Virus record (IMG/VR): IMGVR_UViG_3300021425_000072
Location: 1-41,030 of that record
Reading direction: 5' to 3' (one strand)
DNA length: 41,030 nt
From: a virus
Lineage: Duplodnaviria; Caudoviricetes
The notes under the pieces are model-generated. The model searched no databases and was not told the origin of the DNA. It worked only from the letters and a program-made list of their open reading frames with translations. The translations under genes and the position numbers were made by a program. Below, piece by piece: positions 16,647 to 25,279 of this stretch (positions within the stretch are counted from its first letter, which is position 1; each line of letters starts with the position of its first letter).

Positions 16647-17660
16647 ATGAGAAAATATTTAATTGCTGCAGCAGCAGTAATGACAATGGCATGGGCAACG
16701 GTTGCTCAGGCAGATCCGTTTAAGGTTGGTTTCGTATATGTTGGACCAGTCGGCGATCATGGTTGGACATATATGCACGACAAAGGTCGTCAGCAAGTTG
16801 AAGAACACTTTGGTGATGCGGTTGAAACTGTATTTGTTGAATCAGTACCAGAAGGACCTGATGCCGAACGTGTAATGCGTGGTATGATTGCAGAAGGTGC
16901 GGACATGATCTTCACTACTTCTTTTGGTTATATGGAACAAACAGTAAAGGTTGCCAAAGAGAATCCTAATATCCTCTTTGAACATGCGACAGGTTATAAA
17001 ACAGCACCAAACCTTTCTGTATATTCCTCACGTTTTTATGAGGGTCGTTATGTACAAGGTGTAATTGCTGGTCATATGTCAAAGGCAGGCAAAGCTGGTT
17101 ATATTGCATCATTCCCGATTCCGGAAGTGATTCGTGGTATCAATGCTTTTTATCTCGGTGCAATCTCTGTAAATCCAGATTTTGATATTGACGTTGTATG
17201 GGTAAATACATGGTATGATCCAGGTAAAGAAGCAGATGCCGCAAAGGTTTTGATGGCAGGTGGTGCTGATATTATTACTCAGCATACAGATTCTCCTTCA
17301 CCTTTGGCAGCAGCATCTGCTAATGGTATTAAAGGTTTCGGTCAAGCATCAGATATGATTCAGTTTGCACCTGATACTCAATTGACTGCTATCCTTGATG
17401 AGTGGGGTCCATATTATATCGCACGTGTACAAGCAGCAATGGACGGTACATGGACTGAAACCAATACTTGGGGTGGTATGGACACAGGAATGGTTGATAT
17501 GGCACCAATGACAAATATGTCAGAAGATCTTGCTGCACATGCAGAGCATATTGCACATCATATCAAGACAGGTCACTTCAAACCATTTGGTGATCTAGAT
17601 GATGGTGCTCTTGCAACTATGATGGAATATGTCGACGGATTAGATGCGGCAAAACCCTAA
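16647..17660 (+). CDS. BMP/PnrA/Med-family ABC transporter substrate-binding protein (purine/nucleoside type)
   Basis: Signal peptide ending AQA; GFVYVGPVGDHGWT..HD.GR, FTTSFGY, FEHATGY, NTWYDPGKE, ITQHTDS. Confidence 0.93.
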   Translation: MRKYLIAAAAVMTMAWATVAQADPFKVGFVYVGPVGDHGWTYMHDKGRQQVEEHFGDAVETVFVESVPEGPDAERVMRGMIAEGADMIFTTSFGYMEQTVKVAKENPNILFEHATGYKTAPNLSVYSSRFYEGRYVQGVIAGHMSKAGKAGYIASFPIPEVIRGINAFYLGAISVNPDFDIDVVWVNTWYDPGKEADAAKVLMAGGADIITQHTDSPSPLAAASANGIKGFGQASDMIQFAPDTQLTAILDEWGPYYIARVQAAMDGTWTETNTWGGMDTGMVDMAPMTNMSEDLAAHAEHIAHHIKTGHFKPFGDLDDGALATMMEYVDGLDAAKP

Positions 17661-17667
17661 ATAGTAT

Positions 17668-18077
17668 TGTTCGATGAAGCAAATCGAAAGGTAAACTGGA
17701 CGGGGGTGCGATACCCCCCGCCTCCACCATAATGAGATTGAAATGAAAGCAAAAACTAGAAAAAAAATAAACAAAATAAATAAAAAAGAACAAAAAAGAT
17801 TAGGAAGTTCTAATGTTGTTCGTACAAAACATTTTGCTTATGGACAAAAAACTGGTGCTGCAAACAAGGGAAGATCTCTTTCCCAAGAAGAAATTGATCT
17901 CATTATGATGGGGGCGAAATAGGATCGACAGGTGCTGAATAGGTAAGTGGAGAACACGGTAGGTGACGACCGTAAATCGCACAAGACGTTAAATGCAAAC
18001 GATAACAATGCATATGGGGATTATGCTCTAGCAGCATAGTTACTCGGGGTGGGTACTACCTAGCAACAGAAGTGCCA
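17668..18077 (+). ncRNA. ssrA: Circularly permuted two-piece tmRNA (acceptor piece ~17668-17729; intervening segment 17730-17909; coding piece 17910-~18077)
   Basis: T-arm GGGGG-TGCGATA-CCCCC plus CGCCTCC-A-CCA (17702-17729) lies upstream of GGGGGCGAAATAGGATCGAC (17910). The two form a 7-bp acceptor stem with G3-U70. Tag frame 17995-18039 reads ANDNNAYGDYALAA*; 3' CCTAGCAACAGAA motif present. Outer ends approximate. Confidence 0.93.
17743..17922 (+). CDS. Basic 59 aa ORF inside the tmRNA intervening segment
   Basis: MKAKTRKKINKINKKEQKRLGSSNVVRTKHFAYGQKTGAANKGRSLSQEEIDLIMMGAK*; weak GAG-type RBS; stop lies inside the tmRNA coding piece. Confidence 0.55.
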   Translation: MKAKTRKKINKINKKEQKRLGSSNVVRTKHFAYGQKTGAANKGRSLSQEEIDLIMMGAK

Positions 18078-18095
18078 TTAATTTTTGGAGTTGCA

Positions 18096-18788
18096 ATGTA
18101 CGCAGTTGGAATATTTCTATTACAAATAGCAGCATACGTTTCTATTATACCAATGATAATGTATGCTGATTGGTATCACTATTTAATCGCTTTCTTCATG
18201 TATTTCATGAACGGATGTCTTGGTATGATTATGGGATACCATAGATTGCTGACGCACAGATCGTTTGAATGTCCTATCTGGTTTGAAAGATTTATTACTT
18301 TGTGTGCGACTATAGGTTTGACTGGACCTGCTATAGATTGGGTTGCTATTCATAAAGCACACCATAGGTTCGCTGATACTGAAAAAGACCCACATAGTCC
18401 AGATCATTTAGGTGTGTTCAGAGTTCACTTTCTTACCATGTTTGCTAAAGTGGATATAAAGTATGCAGGAAGATTACTTAGAGATAAATTTTTATTGTTT
18501 CAACGAAAGTTTTATTTTGTTCTTAATTTAATTTATGCTACTTTGCTATTTTTTGCTGACCCATTTGCATTGGTATATGCATGGTTGTTTCCAGCAGCAG
18601 TTCTCATATTATTAGGAACATCGGTTTTATCTATCAACCACAGGAATAACAAACCACATAATAGTATCATTCACGGTTTACTTACTTGGGGTGATGGATT
18701 CCACGAAACACACCATGATAATCCAAACAAAATAAGATTGCATAAATATGATATATGCGGTTATTTGATAGAGAAATGGTTTGCTTAA
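18096..18788 (+). CDS. Membrane fatty acid desaturase (delta-9 type)
   Basis: His boxes HRLLTH, HKAHH, HETHH; DPHSP; TM segments; ATG 18096 after GGAG. Confidence 0.92.
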   Translation: MYAVGIFLLQIAAYVSIIPMIMYADWYHYLIAFFMYFMNGCLGMIMGYHRLLTHRSFECPIWFERFITLCATIGLTGPAIDWVAIHKAHHRFADTEKDPHSPDHLGVFRVHFLTMFAKVDIKYAGRLLRDKFLLFQRKFYFVLNLIYATLLFFADPFALVYAWLFPAAVLILLGTSVLSINHRNNKPHNSIIHGLLTWGDGFHETHHDNPNKIRLHKYDICGYLIEKWFA

Positions 18789-18877
18789 AGTTTGGGTAAA
18801 TGCGAATCCAGTACCGTTCTGGAAGTTATATTATGCTTTTAAATACGGTATAGTGTTAGAAAGTTTACAGGAATTAG

Positions 18878-19597
18878 ATGAGTATTTGGAAAAAAAGAAC
18901 TGAACTGCCAGTCTTCAAACGATTAGAACAATTTAAGTTCGATCCAATTGAACTAGCATCAGCATATGAAGAGTTCTCTAATACTAAAACTTGGGATGGT
19001 TTGGGTAATGAATATGCTAGTTTATGTGAAACATACACAAGACTCCCGAAGATGTTTTTCAAAGAAGAAGAACTTAAAGATGTAGATTGTGTTTGTGATA
19101 TAGAATGGGAACAAGCTAGTTACCAACAACTATCATTGGTTGAATGGGATGAAGATTTTAGTTTAGACAAAAGAACTGAAAAGTCAGGAACTAGATGGGA
19201 CTCTACAGTCGCTAAAAGAGATGCTAAAGCAGATGAAAGATGGTTTCGAAAAAGAGTAAAAGATACACCAGATTATTTTAACTATGTCCTTGATACGATA
19301 GGCAAAGATATCGTCCATAGAACAAGATTTGCTAAATTAGCACCGAAGTCTGAAATAAAAGAACACATAGATTATAATACTGAGTATGGGATCCGTTTAC
19401 ATATACCGATCATCACGAATGAAAACGCAGTGTTTGGTGGTATCGGTCAAAACGGTAGAGAAGAGACCCACTTTCCAGCAGATGGAAGTGTTTGGTTTAT
19501 TAATCCTGGCGTTAAACATTGGGCAAAAAATGATGGTGATGAAGAACGTGTACATTTAATTATTTCAGTAGATAGTCAAGAGATATTGAATGCCTAA
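18878..19597 (+). CDS. Fe(II)/2OG oxygenase, aspartyl/asparaginyl beta-hydroxylase-like
   Basis: EHID...RLHIPIITN...KHWAKN...RVHLII. Confidence 0.85.
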   Translation: MSIWKKRTELPVFKRLEQFKFDPIELASAYEEFSNTKTWDGLGNEYASLCETYTRLPKMFFKEEELKDVDCVCDIEWEQASYQQLSLVEWDEDFSLDKRTEKSGTRWDSTVAKRDAKADERWFRKRVKDTPDYFNYVLDTIGKDIVHRTRFAKLAPKSEIKEHIDYNTEYGIRLHIPIITNENAVFGGIGQNGREETHFPADGSVWFINPGVKHWAKNDGDEERVHLIISVDSQEILNA

Positions 19598-20186
19598 GTT
19601 TTACCAAGAACTCAGCGATGAGTTTTCAAGTTTATGGTTGCCAAGATTCCGTTCGTTATATGATAAAGTACATGCTTCTCAAAACGCCCATCATGCTTAT
19701 TGGAAGTATGTTCTTCACCCAGATAGAATAAAATCCGATTATCTAAAAGACTTTCCATGGCTCACTGAAGTTCCTACATGGAATATAGATGAAAATTTAA
19801 TTATATTTTTTAAAAATAGTGGTAAAGACTACAACCATATAATGGCGCACAAAGATCCAGATAATGTTGTTTGGTCTATAACTATGCCATTATATGGTTG
19901 TGATAGTGATACAGTCACCACTTGGTTGAATCCCATAGAAAATGAAAATACATATCGGGCAGATGGATCTAAGGGGTATGATGATAATGTCGAAATGCTT
20001 GGTTGTGACTATAATGAAATCGAAAGTTATTCATTCAACGACAGAGCAATTATATTCAAAAGCGATGTTTGGCATAAAGCACGCACAAAGCACAACAGAG
20101 ATGAAACACGTGTATTAGCAAAACTATGGGTTCCAAATTTACAGTATGAATATATGCAAGAGGTTTTAGGTGAGCATTTATTATAA
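19590..20186 (+). CDS. Putative Fe(II)/2OG oxygenase
   Basis: AHKD...ITMPL...WHKA...TRV; paralog of the next ORF. Confidence 0.65.
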   Translation: MPKFYQELSDEFSSLWLPRFRSLYDKVHASQNAHHAYWKYVLHPDRIKSDYLKDFPWLTEVPTWNIDENLIIFFKNSGKDYNHIMAHKDPDNVVWSITMPLYGCDSDTVTTWLNPIENENTYRADGSKGYDDNVEMLGCDYNEIESYSFNDRAIIFKSDVWHKARTKHNRDETRVLAKLWVPNLQYEYMQEVLGEHLL

Positions 20187-20808
20187 ATTTCTCAGTGAAG
20201 AGTTTTCTGATTTGTGGATATCTAGAACCAGAGAACTGTATGATCATGCAATAGAAACTGGTCAATACAAAGAACTACACATGAAATATATTATTACTCC
20301 TACGCACATGCGTGAGTATTACATTGAAAAATTTCCTTGGTTAGATGACTTGCCCTTATATAATCCTAGAGAACATTCAGTTGTATTTTTTAGATTTAAT
20401 GGTTCAGACCCCGAAGTAAATCATTTTGAAGTGCATAAAGATCCGACCGAAGCTTGGGCAAATCTAAATGTACCAGTCTACAACTGTACAAAGGAAACTA
20501 GAACAGTGTGGGTAGAACCTATTGGTGAGGAATATAGTCAACACGAAGAAAGAGCAGGATCTCACATTATATCTGGACAAACGAACAGTGAACATTTGAG
20601 GTCATCATATAAAGAAGTCGAGACTATGCACATAACCGATAGAGCATGTTTATTTAAAGGGGACGAGTGGCATAAAGTAGAAGTTGATCATGATAGAGAT
20701 GAGTGGAGAGTCATGGCAAAATATTGGTCAAGGGAAAACGACTGGGATGATTTGATCAAAAAATATAGCGAGCATATTGATGAAGAATATAGCATACATA
20801 CCACTTGA
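20170..20808 (+). CDS. Putative Fe(II)/2OG oxygenase
   Basis: VHKD...LNVPV...WHKV...WRV; shares LS.EFS.LW..R.R.LYD and FPWL with 19590-20186. Confidence 0.65.
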   Translation: MSIYYKFLSEEFSDLWISRTRELYDHAIETGQYKELHMKYIITPTHMREYYIEKFPWLDDLPLYNPREHSVVFFRFNGSDPEVNHFEVHKDPTEAWANLNVPVYNCTKETRTVWVEPIGEEYSQHEERAGSHIISGQTNSEHLRSSYKEVETMHITDRACLFKGDEWHKVEVDHDRDEWRVMAKYWSRENDWDDLIKKYSEHIDEEYSIHTT

Positions 20809-21367
20809 TATTCCAAAATTTAATTTAGAATCAATTATAGAAAAATATAACTTCTATCCCCATCATCTTTATCCAGATGCTTGGGATTGTTTGCCAGTTT
20901 GCGGGAAAACTACTGATTGGAATCAGTCTGCATTTTATAAAGCATATGAAAATAGATATGACTCTGGAGAAGTGCATTGGAACATTCCGGAAATGAAACC
21001 AATCTTAGAATACTATCCAGGAGAGGTTACTCATGCTCAGGTATTAAATCAAAAAGCAAACATAGTCGCTCATAAAGACACTCCGATACTTCGTAAGCAA
21101 CCTGAACCAAATGGTTTTAAAATTCTTCTAAATAATATTTTAGAAAAAAGTTTCTATGTAAAAATAAATGGCAAAAGAATACACATAGAATTACCAAACA
21201 CAACTAATTGCTTTGCTATAAATGAACATGATATATTGCATGGAGCGACAATGCCTCAGCAAGAAAAATACATTGTGAGTTGTTTTGGTATTATAGACGA
21301 GGCAAAGCATAAAGAACTAATATCAAGAAGTGTAGAAAAATATGGCGAATATGCAATCTACTTCTGA
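20777..21367 (+). CDS. Putative Fe(II)/2OG oxygenase
   Basis: AHKD...FAINE..LHGA...K. Confidence 0.55.
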   Translation: MMKNIAYIPLDIPKFNLESIIEKYNFYPHHLYPDAWDCLPVCGKTTDWNQSAFYKAYENRYDSGEVHWNIPEMKPILEYYPGEVTHAQVLNQKANIVAHKDTPILRKQPEPNGFKILLNNILEKSFYVKINGKRIHIELPNTTNCFAINEHDILHGATMPQQEKYIVSCFGIIDEAKHKELISRSVEKYGEYAIYF

Positions 21368-21968
21368 TTATGGAATATTTCCTCTCGGTGATTATGACTT
21401 CGAGGAAACGACAGTCACATTATCAGAATATCCTGATGTGGTTGACCTTGGTATAGAGGTTGATGCCGATAGGTTATATCAAGAATATTTGAATATGAGA
21501 AAACCAAGTAAAGACCATTATTATCTCAGCATGAGTAAGAAATTTAAACTTGATGCAAAGAAAGTGATGGAAAATTTTGAAGAACTTGGATTTAAACAGG
21601 ATAATTATGGTGGGTATGGGTTTCAGAGAGCAGGTGAATATACAAAGAGCGTTTTAGATAGTTTACCTGTTAAGACATTTCGAAAACATTTTACTCTAGC
21701 AAAACCAGGATGGGTTACTAAGTTTCACTCCGATCATAAACAGTTTCAGAATCATGGATTTAGATTAGTTATACCAATGAACTGTGATGCCCATATAAAG
21801 TACAAAGAAAATGAATATAGACTTAAACGTGGATCGATGTACTTTTGGAATATTGTAAAGGAACATGCTGGTTGGAATCCAACCGATCAAGAACGTGTGA
21901 TCATTATGGCACAGATGAATAACGATAGGTTGATAAATGAAGGTAAATTGGTCAAGCAACTATTATGA
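21342..21968 (+). CDS. Fe(II)/2OG oxygenase, Asp/Asn beta-hydroxylase-like
   Basis: FHSD...RLVIPM...GSMYFWN...EHAGWN...ERV. Confidence 0.75.
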   Translation: MANMQSTSDYGIFPLGDYDFEETTVTLSEYPDVVDLGIEVDADRLYQEYLNMRKPSKDHYYLSMSKKFKLDAKKVMENFEELGFKQDNYGGYGFQRAGEYTKSVLDSLPVKTFRKHFTLAKPGWVTKFHSDHKQFQNHGFRLVIPMNCDAHIKYKENEYRLKRGSMYFWNIVKEHAGWNPTDQERVIIMAQMNNDRLINEGKLVKQLL

Positions 21969-22452
21969 TGATGTGACTATTCACAGATGTCAACCAGAAG
22001 ATATATTGACTGAAGAAATAGTGTTACGAATATTGGATGAATGTAATGATCATCCGAGACTTTGGTTTGAAGATCTTTCTAGTAAAAATTTATGGTATCT
22101 ATTAATTGCTACCGTGGATGGTAAACCAATATCAATATGTGGGTGTAGAGAAGATGGAAAAGTTTTATGTTATCTTTACACATTAAAAGAATATCGTAAT
22201 AAATATAGAGGAATCGCTCAAATAGACTATGTGCCTATTTTTATGGAAAATGCCATTACAGATAAAATATATTTAACTGTACATGACTATGATAAAAAGC
22301 ATAAAAGATTAGCAAAGGCATGGGATAGATTGATATCCTCTGGTATTCCTAGTGAGTTTCAACCCACTAGAGGTAAATGGAAATATAAAGGAATAAAGGA
22401 GTACAGAGGTGTTGACCAACACTGGTACGAACTGGATTATAAAAATATTTAA
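21937..22452 (+). CDS. Putative GNAT-fold protein
   Basis: DGKPISICG...LYTLKEYR..YRG resembles GNAT motif A. Confidence 0.45.
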   Translation: MKVNWSSNYYDDVTIHRCQPEDILTEEIVLRILDECNDHPRLWFEDLSSKNLWYLLIATVDGKPISICGCREDGKVLCYLYTLKEYRNKYRGIAQIDYVPIFMENAITDKIYLTVHDYDKKHKRLAKAWDRLISSGIPSEFQPTRGKWKYKGIKEYRGVDQHWYELDYKNI

Positions 22453-23218
22453 CAATGAATATGTTTTTCATTTAAGATTAATGTATTTGTTTAGCGTGCT
22501 GTCTGTGATAGCATGGTGTTATCTTGAACATGTCAGTGTTCTCGAGTTTATAGCAGTATTTTATGCTGGACTCACGTTCGCTCGTGTAGGTTCTGAAGCA
22601 GGATTCCATAGGTATTTCTCACATAAGTCGTACGAAACTACGAAGTTCAAAGAACGTGTTTTGTTGTGGTTGGGTACGGTAGCAGGAGTCGGAAGTTGTT
22701 TATCATGGGCGACGATGCATAGACTGCATCATAAAGACGCTGATACAGAAGATGATCCGCATAGTCCATATTTTGGCGGTTGGGTAAAACCATTCTTTGG
22801 CATACCTAGCACAAAAAATTACGATCACAAAATAACCAGAGATCTGCTTAGGGATTCACACCAAAGATTTACCCACAAACATTATTTCAAAATTAATATA
22901 GCATGGATACTTTTATTATCCGCAATATCATATGCGGTAGGAACTATGCTTCCTCTGATTATATTATTTTCTATGGCATCAATAAGTTTATGGTTGCTTT
23001 ATGGCATCACCAATACCATAGAACACAGGTTTGGTTACAGATCGTATGAAACTAAAGATGAAAGTAAGAACCAACCAATACTAAGATTATTGTTTCTTGG
23101 TGCTGGATTGCATAATAACCACCACTGGAAATCAAACTCACCGACATTCAATTTAAGAAAAAATTGGTGGGAGTTTGATTTTGATTATTTGATTATAAGG
23201 ACTTTGTTCGCAAAATGA
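22409..23218 (+). CDS. Second membrane fatty acid desaturase (delta-9 type)
   Basis: HRYFSH, HRLHH, DPHSP, HNNHH; TM segments; start uncertain. Confidence 0.92.
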   Translation: MLTNTGTNWIIKIFNNEYVFHLRLMYLFSVLSVIAWCYLEHVSVLEFIAVFYAGLTFARVGSEAGFHRYFSHKSYETTKFKERVLLWLGTVAGVGSCLSWATMHRLHHKDADTEDDPHSPYFGGWVKPFFGIPSTKNYDHKITRDLLRDSHQRFTHKHYFKINIAWILLLSAISYAVGTMLPLIILFSMASISLWLLYGITNTIEHRFGYRSYETKDESKNQPILRLLFLGAGLHNNHHWKSNSPTFNLRKNWWEFDFDYLIIRTLFAK

Positions 23219-24129
23219 ACGCACACTTCTTAGATATTGATATTCGTGATACAAATGGTCAAGATATCGCTGACATACTTAAAGAAAAGGTTATCGTTGT
23301 TTTAAAAAACCAAACGAAATCTACTGGGCATTTTACTAATTTCGTCAGTAAGATTGGTCCGATAGCAAACTGGCCACATATGGCATTTGATCCCATAACA
23401 GGTGAAGATAAACATTCATTCGATAAGTTCGTAAGTCCAGAAGAATGGGGTGACTGGGATACCTATCCAGTTCAAAGGGTGACTGGAGAAAAAGTAAATG
23501 GTAAAATGTCTGGTATATTCGGGAGCGGTAAACTAGACTGGCATGCTAATCTAAATGGTCCAACACGTGCAGACGGTGTTGCGTTACAAGGTTATAGAGA
23601 CTGTGAAAACACTTCAACAAGTTGGGTAAACACTAACAAAGCATATAATGAGATGCCACAAGAACTCATTGATAGGTGTGAAGGGGTGTATGCCGAATAC
23701 CAATATTCACCAGAAAACTGGGCAGGTGATGAAGAAACCGTCAACATGATTACTCAACATGTTCCTGGGAAGTTCCGAGGTCGTACGAAGTATAAGATGT
23801 GGTTGATTCAGGAAAATATTGCTGGATATAAAGGTGTATATTTCTACACCAATAACGACTGCAAAATTATTACAAACGATACCAAACTATATGATGATCT
23901 ATACGATCACATATTCCAAGAAAAATATATGTACACTCATATGTACGAAGTCGGGGATATTGTTTTAAGTGATCAGTTGCTAAGTTTGCACAAACGCGAT
24001 CAGAATGATGATGAAACTCTTTCAAAGAGAGTTCTTCATCGCATTACATTTGGATTATCTAATACTGATGATCGTAAATGGATTGAAGAAAAAAATATTA
24101 TTCATGACGAACCGTCAGAGATATTCTAG
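23215..24129 (+). CDS. TauD/TfdA-family dioxygenase
   Basis: WHAN (variant of HxD), T.WVN...AY..MP, YTH.YEVGDIVLSDQ..SLHKR...RVLHRIT. Confidence 0.82.
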   Translation: MNAHFLDIDIRDTNGQDIADILKEKVIVVLKNQTKSTGHFTNFVSKIGPIANWPHMAFDPITGEDKHSFDKFVSPEEWGDWDTYPVQRVTGEKVNGKMSGIFGSGKLDWHANLNGPTRADGVALQGYRDCENTSTSWVNTNKAYNEMPQELIDRCEGVYAEYQYSPENWAGDEETVNMITQHVPGKFRGRTKYKMWLIQENIAGYKGVYFYTNNDCKIITNDTKLYDDLYDHIFQEKYMYTHMYEVGDIVLSDQLLSLHKRDQNDDETLSKRVLHRITFGLSNTDDRKWIEEKNIIHDEPSEIF

Positions 24130-24526
24130 CATTGTCTACTTTCGTGACATCATGAGGAACGTCAATCTGAAGTGAGTGCCAAACTTTTTCTTGTACGCAA
24201 ACAGACTCGACTATCTGACCCATATCCCAAAATCTAGTTCGTACATTATTTCCTCCTGATTCAAACACATAGTTATATTTCACTCCTACGATACCAAGAT
24301 CGGTATGAACTGGAACTTTGTCTCTGATAACTTGATATCTTGTTAGGACTGGATAGTCAAAATATTCTTGAATATAATCAGCGAGTTCTTGGGGTGCAAC
24401 ATAACTAGCAAAAGTGTGGTCATAATCTTTGTGTGGAAATACATTTTCAAACTCTTGTATTTCTTTCAAAGATAAATCAAATAAAGAAGGAACTTCCGGT
24501 AAAAAGTCGACTTCTTTATAGTACAT
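24098..24526 (-). CDS. Putative Fe(II)/2OG oxygenase
   Basis: VHTD...KYNYV...WHSLQIDVPHDV...RISL. Confidence 0.65.
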   Translation of the reverse strand: MYYKEVDFLPEVPSLFDLSLKEIQEFENVFPHKDYDHTFASYVAPQELADYIQEYFDYPVLTRYQVIRDKVPVHTDLGIVGVKYNYVFESGGNNVRTRFWDMGQIVESVCVQEKVWHSLQIDVPHDVTKVDNARISLTVRHE

Positions 24527-24786
24527 TAATATGTCAACTTTTCTAGTTCAATAATGTTGCTTGTCGTAACAACATCATTGGCATCTAAAATTTCAACTTG
24601 ATATGATTCAAACGAACCTTCCGAATCAAAATGAACTTCGCATACCATATCCCCATTTGAATCATGGGGTGGAACAACTGAAATAATTCTTCCCTCGTCT
24701 TTGTATCTCTCGTGTACTATTCTCATATCATCACTCAATGGATCTTGATGACCTGATATGATTTTATGCCTAAACATAAATGCCAT
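24526..24786 (-). CDS. Hypothetical protein
   Basis: GGAGAG RBS before the ATG (MAFMFRHK); coupled to neighbours. Confidence 0.65.
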   Translation of the reverse strand: MAFMFRHKIISGHQDPLSDDMRIVHERYKDEGRIISVVPPHDSNGDMVCEVHFDSEGSFESYQVEILDANDVVTTSNIIELEKLTY

Positions 24787-25279
24787 GGTTCTCTCCTGTG
24801 CAACCAACTATGTGTATTCTTTTTTCAAATGATGCATTAACAAATGTATGTTTTTTTGTTGTATCAACATAATAGTGATTACCATCCGCTGGTATCCTTT
24901 TCACTTCATCTTCAATAACAAAAAAACAATCTGGATTAGTTATCAATGGTATGTGTATTCTAGGAGTTGGATCAACGTGATAAGAATAGCATTCTTTTGC
25001 TTTCATAACCATTACTCTTGACCTATACATTCCCAGTTCTTCTAGGACAGAATTTGTATAAACCAATCCACTAAACATAGGAACAACAAACTCTTTTTCT
25101 ATTTCTCTTACTAATTTTACTCTTTCTTCCATAGTACCATCATGGTCTTGTAGAAGCGACCCTGTTCCATATAGTGGATCAGTACAACCTTGTTTCGTTT
25201 GTAACATAACTTGATCGTGTTTTTGGAACTCATCTACAGAATCAAGTTCCATCAAAATTTTATCTATGTTTATGGGCAT
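24770..25279 (-). CDS. Fe(II)/2OG oxygenase, Asp/Asn beta-hydroxylase-like
   Basis: YHVD...RIHIPLITN...DTTKKHTFVN...RIHIV. Confidence 0.82.
   Translation of the reverse strand: MPINIDKILMELDSVDEFQKHDQVMLQTKQGCTDPLYGTGSLLQDHDGTMEERVKLVREIEKEFVVPMFSGLVYTNSVLEELGMYRSRVMVMKAKECYSYHVDPTPRIHIPLITNPDCFFVIEDEVKRIPADGNHYYVDTTKKHTFVNASFEKRIHIVGCTGENHGIYV

Noticed and set aside
17695-17729. T-arm plus CCA end looking like a tRNA gene or attP fragment
   Set aside because: No upstream D or anticodon arms. Its acceptor partner lies downstream at 17910 with a tag frame, so it is the acceptor piece of a permuted tmRNA.
18781-18903. 40-codon TTG-start ORF between the desaturase and first oxygenase as a possible RiPP precursor
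   Set aside because: Weak start, no leader/core pattern, and no protease or transporter nearby. It may be a real small gene but nothing supports a precursor role.
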